Below are positions 55,517 through 57,951 of a DNA stretch of 57,951 bases, piece after piece. Within the stretch, counting starts at the first letter, position 1. Each line of letters begins with the position of its first letter. This stretch comes from Acidobacteriota bacterium (lineage in GTDB: Bacteria > Acidobacteriota > Aminicenantia > UBA2199). A model generated the notes under the pieces. It worked only from the letters and a program-made list of their open reading frames with translations, searched no databases and was not told the origin of the DNA. The translations under genes were made by a program, and so were the position numbers. The DNA is taken from contig JAKLEC010000004.1 in NCBI GenBank assembly GCA_022711715.1, positions 1 through 57,951 of the forward strand, given 5' to 3'.

Positions 55517-55966
55517 ATGAAGCGCTGCGCATGGATCCTGCTGGTCCTCGTTCTCTCCGGCGGGCTGTTCGGGCAGCAGGCGGTCGACGGGGACGCCCTC
55601 CTGGCCGACCCCGAGTGGCGGAGCGGCTACGACGGCTGCCAGCCCGATCCGGCTCTCCTCGCAAGCCTGCGCGAGCGGATCCGCGGCTCTCGCCTGGAGG
55701 TCTACTTCGCGTTCTGGTGCGGCGACTCGCGCAACCACGTCCCCGTGTTCAAGAAGATCGTCGACCTCCTGGACCTCCCCGAGCTGGCGGTCGAGTATTT
55801 CGCGGTGGAGCGCAAGGCCTCTCCGGAGCAGAAGTATTACGTCGCGGGCAAGGGGGTGGAGCGCGTGCCCACCTTCATCGTGTACCGCGACGGCAGCGAG
55901 ATCGGGCGCATCATCGAGAATCCAAAGGTATCCATACTAGAAGACCTATTGAACATCGTACTCTAG
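55517..55966 (+). CDS. Secreted thioredoxin-fold protein with a CxxS (WCGDS) motif
   Basis: Signal MKRCAWILLVLVLSGGLFG, VYFAFWCGDSRNHVP, and ..VPTFIVYRDGSEIGRI typical of the Trx fold. Confidence 0.6.
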   Translation: MKRCAWILLVLVLSGGLFGQQAVDGDALLADPEWRSGYDGCQPDPALLASLRERIRGSRLEVYFAFWCGDSRNHVPVFKKIVDLLDLPELAVEYFAVERKASPEQKYYVAGKGVERVPTFIVYRDGSEIGRIIENPKVSILEDLLNIVL

Positions 55967-56046
55967 GTACTTGGCGTACGGCCGGCGGCCTCGACGGACC
56001 GCCGCGGCGTACGGTTGACGGCAACAGCATTCATGAAGAACTCGGT

Positions 56047-56293
56047 GCCAGTGTCAGTGATGATGTCAGCAGGAAGCTCAGCGGCTTCCTTGTGTTCGTG
56101 TTTGTGTTAGCAAACGCATGAACCGATCTCTTGCCGTTTCGAATAACGAATCACGACAGATCCCTTGCTGTCTCTCATCCCGCATCACGCATGACGCATA
56201 ACGAGAGAACTAGATGCGGCTCATCCTCGTCACCCTGGATCGTATCGTGCTGTTGCCGTACACCGTATGCCGTACGCCGTGAGCCGTACGCCG
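56047..56293 (+). repeat. Mosaic repeat array (order M1-M2-M3-M4-M6-M5, no M7) between convergent genes, preceded by a GTACGGC-type hairpin at about 55975..56016
   Basis: gccagtgtcagtgatgatgtcagc, cttgtgttcgtgtttgtgttag, ttcgaataacgaatcacgac, cccgcatcacgcatgacgcataacgag, ctcgtcaccc, gccgtacaccgtatgccgtacgccgtgagccgtacgccg. 56226..56264 matches 22608..22646 at about 37 of 39 positions. Confidence 0.9.
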
Positions 56294-56303
56294 AGCTCGG
56301 CAT

Positions 56304-57951
56304 TCAGTTCAGGTAAGGGCTAAGCTCCAGCACGGACGGCGGATTGCTCTGCTTCCTGAAGTACTCCGGCACGAGGGCCATGCCCAGGGCCGCCTCATCG
56401 GCGGTGCGGTAACGGCCCCAGAGCACCAGCCAGCAGGCTCGGCCGTCGCGGCTGGTCTTGTTGAGCAGGAAGAAGCCATCCTTGTCGGCCAGCTGGCCGT
56501 AGGCGGCGCGCACCGACGCCTTCAGGCAATCCATCTCCAGCAGGATGCTGAACTTGACGCCGGATTCCAGCATGATGCCGCGCCAGATGTCGCCCGCCGC
56601 CTTGAAGTTCCCGGTGGCGAAGCGCCGGCCGGCCTCCGCTTCGCCTTCCCGGGAGGGAGCGGGCGGGGGGTTGGCCGCGGTGACGGCTGGCGTGTCCGGC
56701 GGCAGCTCCGTGCGGCTCGGACCGGAGCCGGGCTTCTGCTCCGCGTCAGGAAGGGAGCCGGGCTCGGTGGTTTCCCGGGCGGCGCTCTCTTTCTCGCCGG
56801 CGACGGCAGTCCCGGCCGCGGACTCCTGCGCCGGGGGGGCCGCCTTGGGCGGCGCCTGGCGGGTCGCCGTCGCCTTCGCCGCCTCCGGCGCCCGCGGCTT
56901 GCCGTCGCGGGTGATCCACAGGAACGCGCCGGCGATGGCGGCCACCAGCAGGATCGTGAGCAGCGGCATGCTCGGCAGGCGCGACTTCGCCTTCTCCGGC
57001 CTCTGGAACGGGGCCGGATGCGGCCGCGGCCGCGGCTCCGGCTTCGCAGGCGCGATCTCCGCCTTGTCCTCCGTCGCCGCCGCGGCCGTTTCCGGCGGCA
57101 GCAGGTCGGGGAACTCGGGCAGTTCCCGCTCCGCCGCCGCCTCTTGCTGCGGCTCGATCTCCGGCACCGCGGCCAGGGGGATGTCCTGGATGGCCGTTTC
57201 GTCGATCATGGCCGGCATCTCGATGTCGACCTCGGCGGGGGCGTCGGCCGGCGACTGGCCGAACATGCTGTCCAGCTCCCCGAAGTCGATGCCGGCCGGC
57301 TTCTCGGCTTCTTTTTTGGTCAGCAATCCCGACAGCAGGAAGAAATAAAGGATCTTCAGGATGCGGTATTTCCCCTCGGCGGGATAGTCGAGAAGAACGG
57401 ATTCCAGCCGCTGGGGCTGGCTGAAGCGCGAGAGCACGCCCTGCATCTCGGTGTCGAGGGGATAGCGGCTCCTCTGGGTGGGATCGGGATTCATCTGCAG
57501 CTCTCCCGCCATGGAGCCCAGCTCCTCCCAGACGATGTTCACGTCCATCTGTCCCAGGATGTACTGGATGACGATGACGGGGATGTCCAGGTCCAGGCTC
57601 ACCATGCGATTGGGGGGCGGCTCCTGCACGAGCTGGTAGTTGCCCGTGCTCCAGCGCAGGACGCTCATGGCGATGAGGCGGGCCTGCTCGCGCGTGGCCT
57701 GGATCAGGACCTCCAGGGTGATGACCCCGTTCTCGACCAGGATCTTGCCGAACGTCTCGCTGATCTTGTTGCCGGCCTGGTAGGGGGCGAGGGCATTGGG
57801 ATCGATCAGCTTCTTGGCCAGCAAGACATGATCGATGCGGTCGGCCTCGTCGGCGGAGATGGCCCAGCTGATCCGGCCGCGGTTGAGATAGAATACCTTC
57901 AGCAGCTCGTTCTGGCGGAAGTAGAGGATGCCGGTCTGCTCCTGTTCGTGC
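56304..57951 (-). CDS. DUF4388 (PatA-like N-terminal) domain protein with an Ala/Pro-rich linker, a TM and a C-terminal SPOR-like domain. The 5' end runs off the window.
   Basis: The frame stays open upstream of the track start: HEQEQTGILYFRQNELLKVFYLNRGRISWAISADEADRIDHVLLAKKL (DUF4388-like). TM LLTILLVAAIAGAFLWI. The C-terminus ACWLVLWGRYRTADEAALGMALVPEYF looks SPOR-like. Confidence 0.65.
   Translation of the reverse strand, partial: HEQEQTGILYFRQNELLKVFYLNRGRISWAISADEADRIDHVLLAKKLIDPNALAPYQAGNKISETFGKILVENGVITLEVLIQATREQARLIAMSVLRWSTGNYQLVQEPPPNRMVSLDLDIPVIVIQYILGQMDVNIVWEELGSMAGELQMNPDPTQRSRYPLDTEMQGVLSRFSQPQRLESVLLDYPAEGKYRILKILYFFLLSGLLTKKEAEKPAGIDFGELDSMFGQSPADAPAEVDIEMPAMIDETAIQDIPLAAVPEIEPQQEAAAERELPEFPDLLPPETAAAATEDKAEIAPAKPEPRPRPHPAPFQRPEKAKSRLPSMPLLTILLVAAIAGAFLWITRDGKPRAPEAAKATATRQAPPKAAPPAQESAAGTAVAGEKESAARETTEPGSLPDAEQKPGSGPSRTELPPDTPAVTAANPPPAPSREGEAEAGRRFATGNFKAAGDIWRGIMLESGVKFSILLEMDCLKASVRAAYGQLADKDGFFLLNKTSRDGRACWLVLWGRYRTADEAALGMALVPEYFRKQSNPPSVLELSPYLN

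Overview
A 57.9-kb, very GC-rich bacterial chromosomal segment. I support about 54 protein-coding genes and one tRNA. I found no rRNA, CRISPR array, cas gene, transposase or integrase. Confident housekeeping calls are eno, ettA, a DEAD-box helicase, tilS with an adjacent tRNA(CAU), fdhD and mobA, an M16 peptidase pair, pirin, and a GT2/GT4 glycosyltransferase pair. Accessory or signalling modules are: two tandem membrane-anchored propeller/Y_Y_Y/LuxR regulators; an ECF sigma, anti-sigma and caspase-like protease operon; an SGNH hydrolase, GlpD-like oxidoreductase and YdjM-like hydrolase operon; a YtrA-type GntR, ABC ATPase and fused permease operon; an M2 peptidase, adenylate-forming ligase and S51 peptidase operon; and a PP2C phosphatase, Ser/Thr kinase, FHA and thioredoxin-like cluster. 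The most unusual signal is non-coding. At least 14 intergenic spacers carry a dispersed family of modular repeats. Each module is a short tandem tract of a distinct hexamer or heptamer. The modules occur in three forms: about 300-bp multi-module arrays with conserved module order and near-identical linkers; single-module inverted pairs forming long imperfect hairpins at gene 3' ends; and fragments that reach into coding 3' ends and supply stop codons. One pair of full arrays in inverted orientation brackets an AmpG-family transporter gene. Many long ORFs in the six-frame track are antisense or out-of-frame artefacts of the GC-rich composition and were rejected. All functional calls come from motifs read in the translations, with no database search, so they need HMM or BLAST confirmation.
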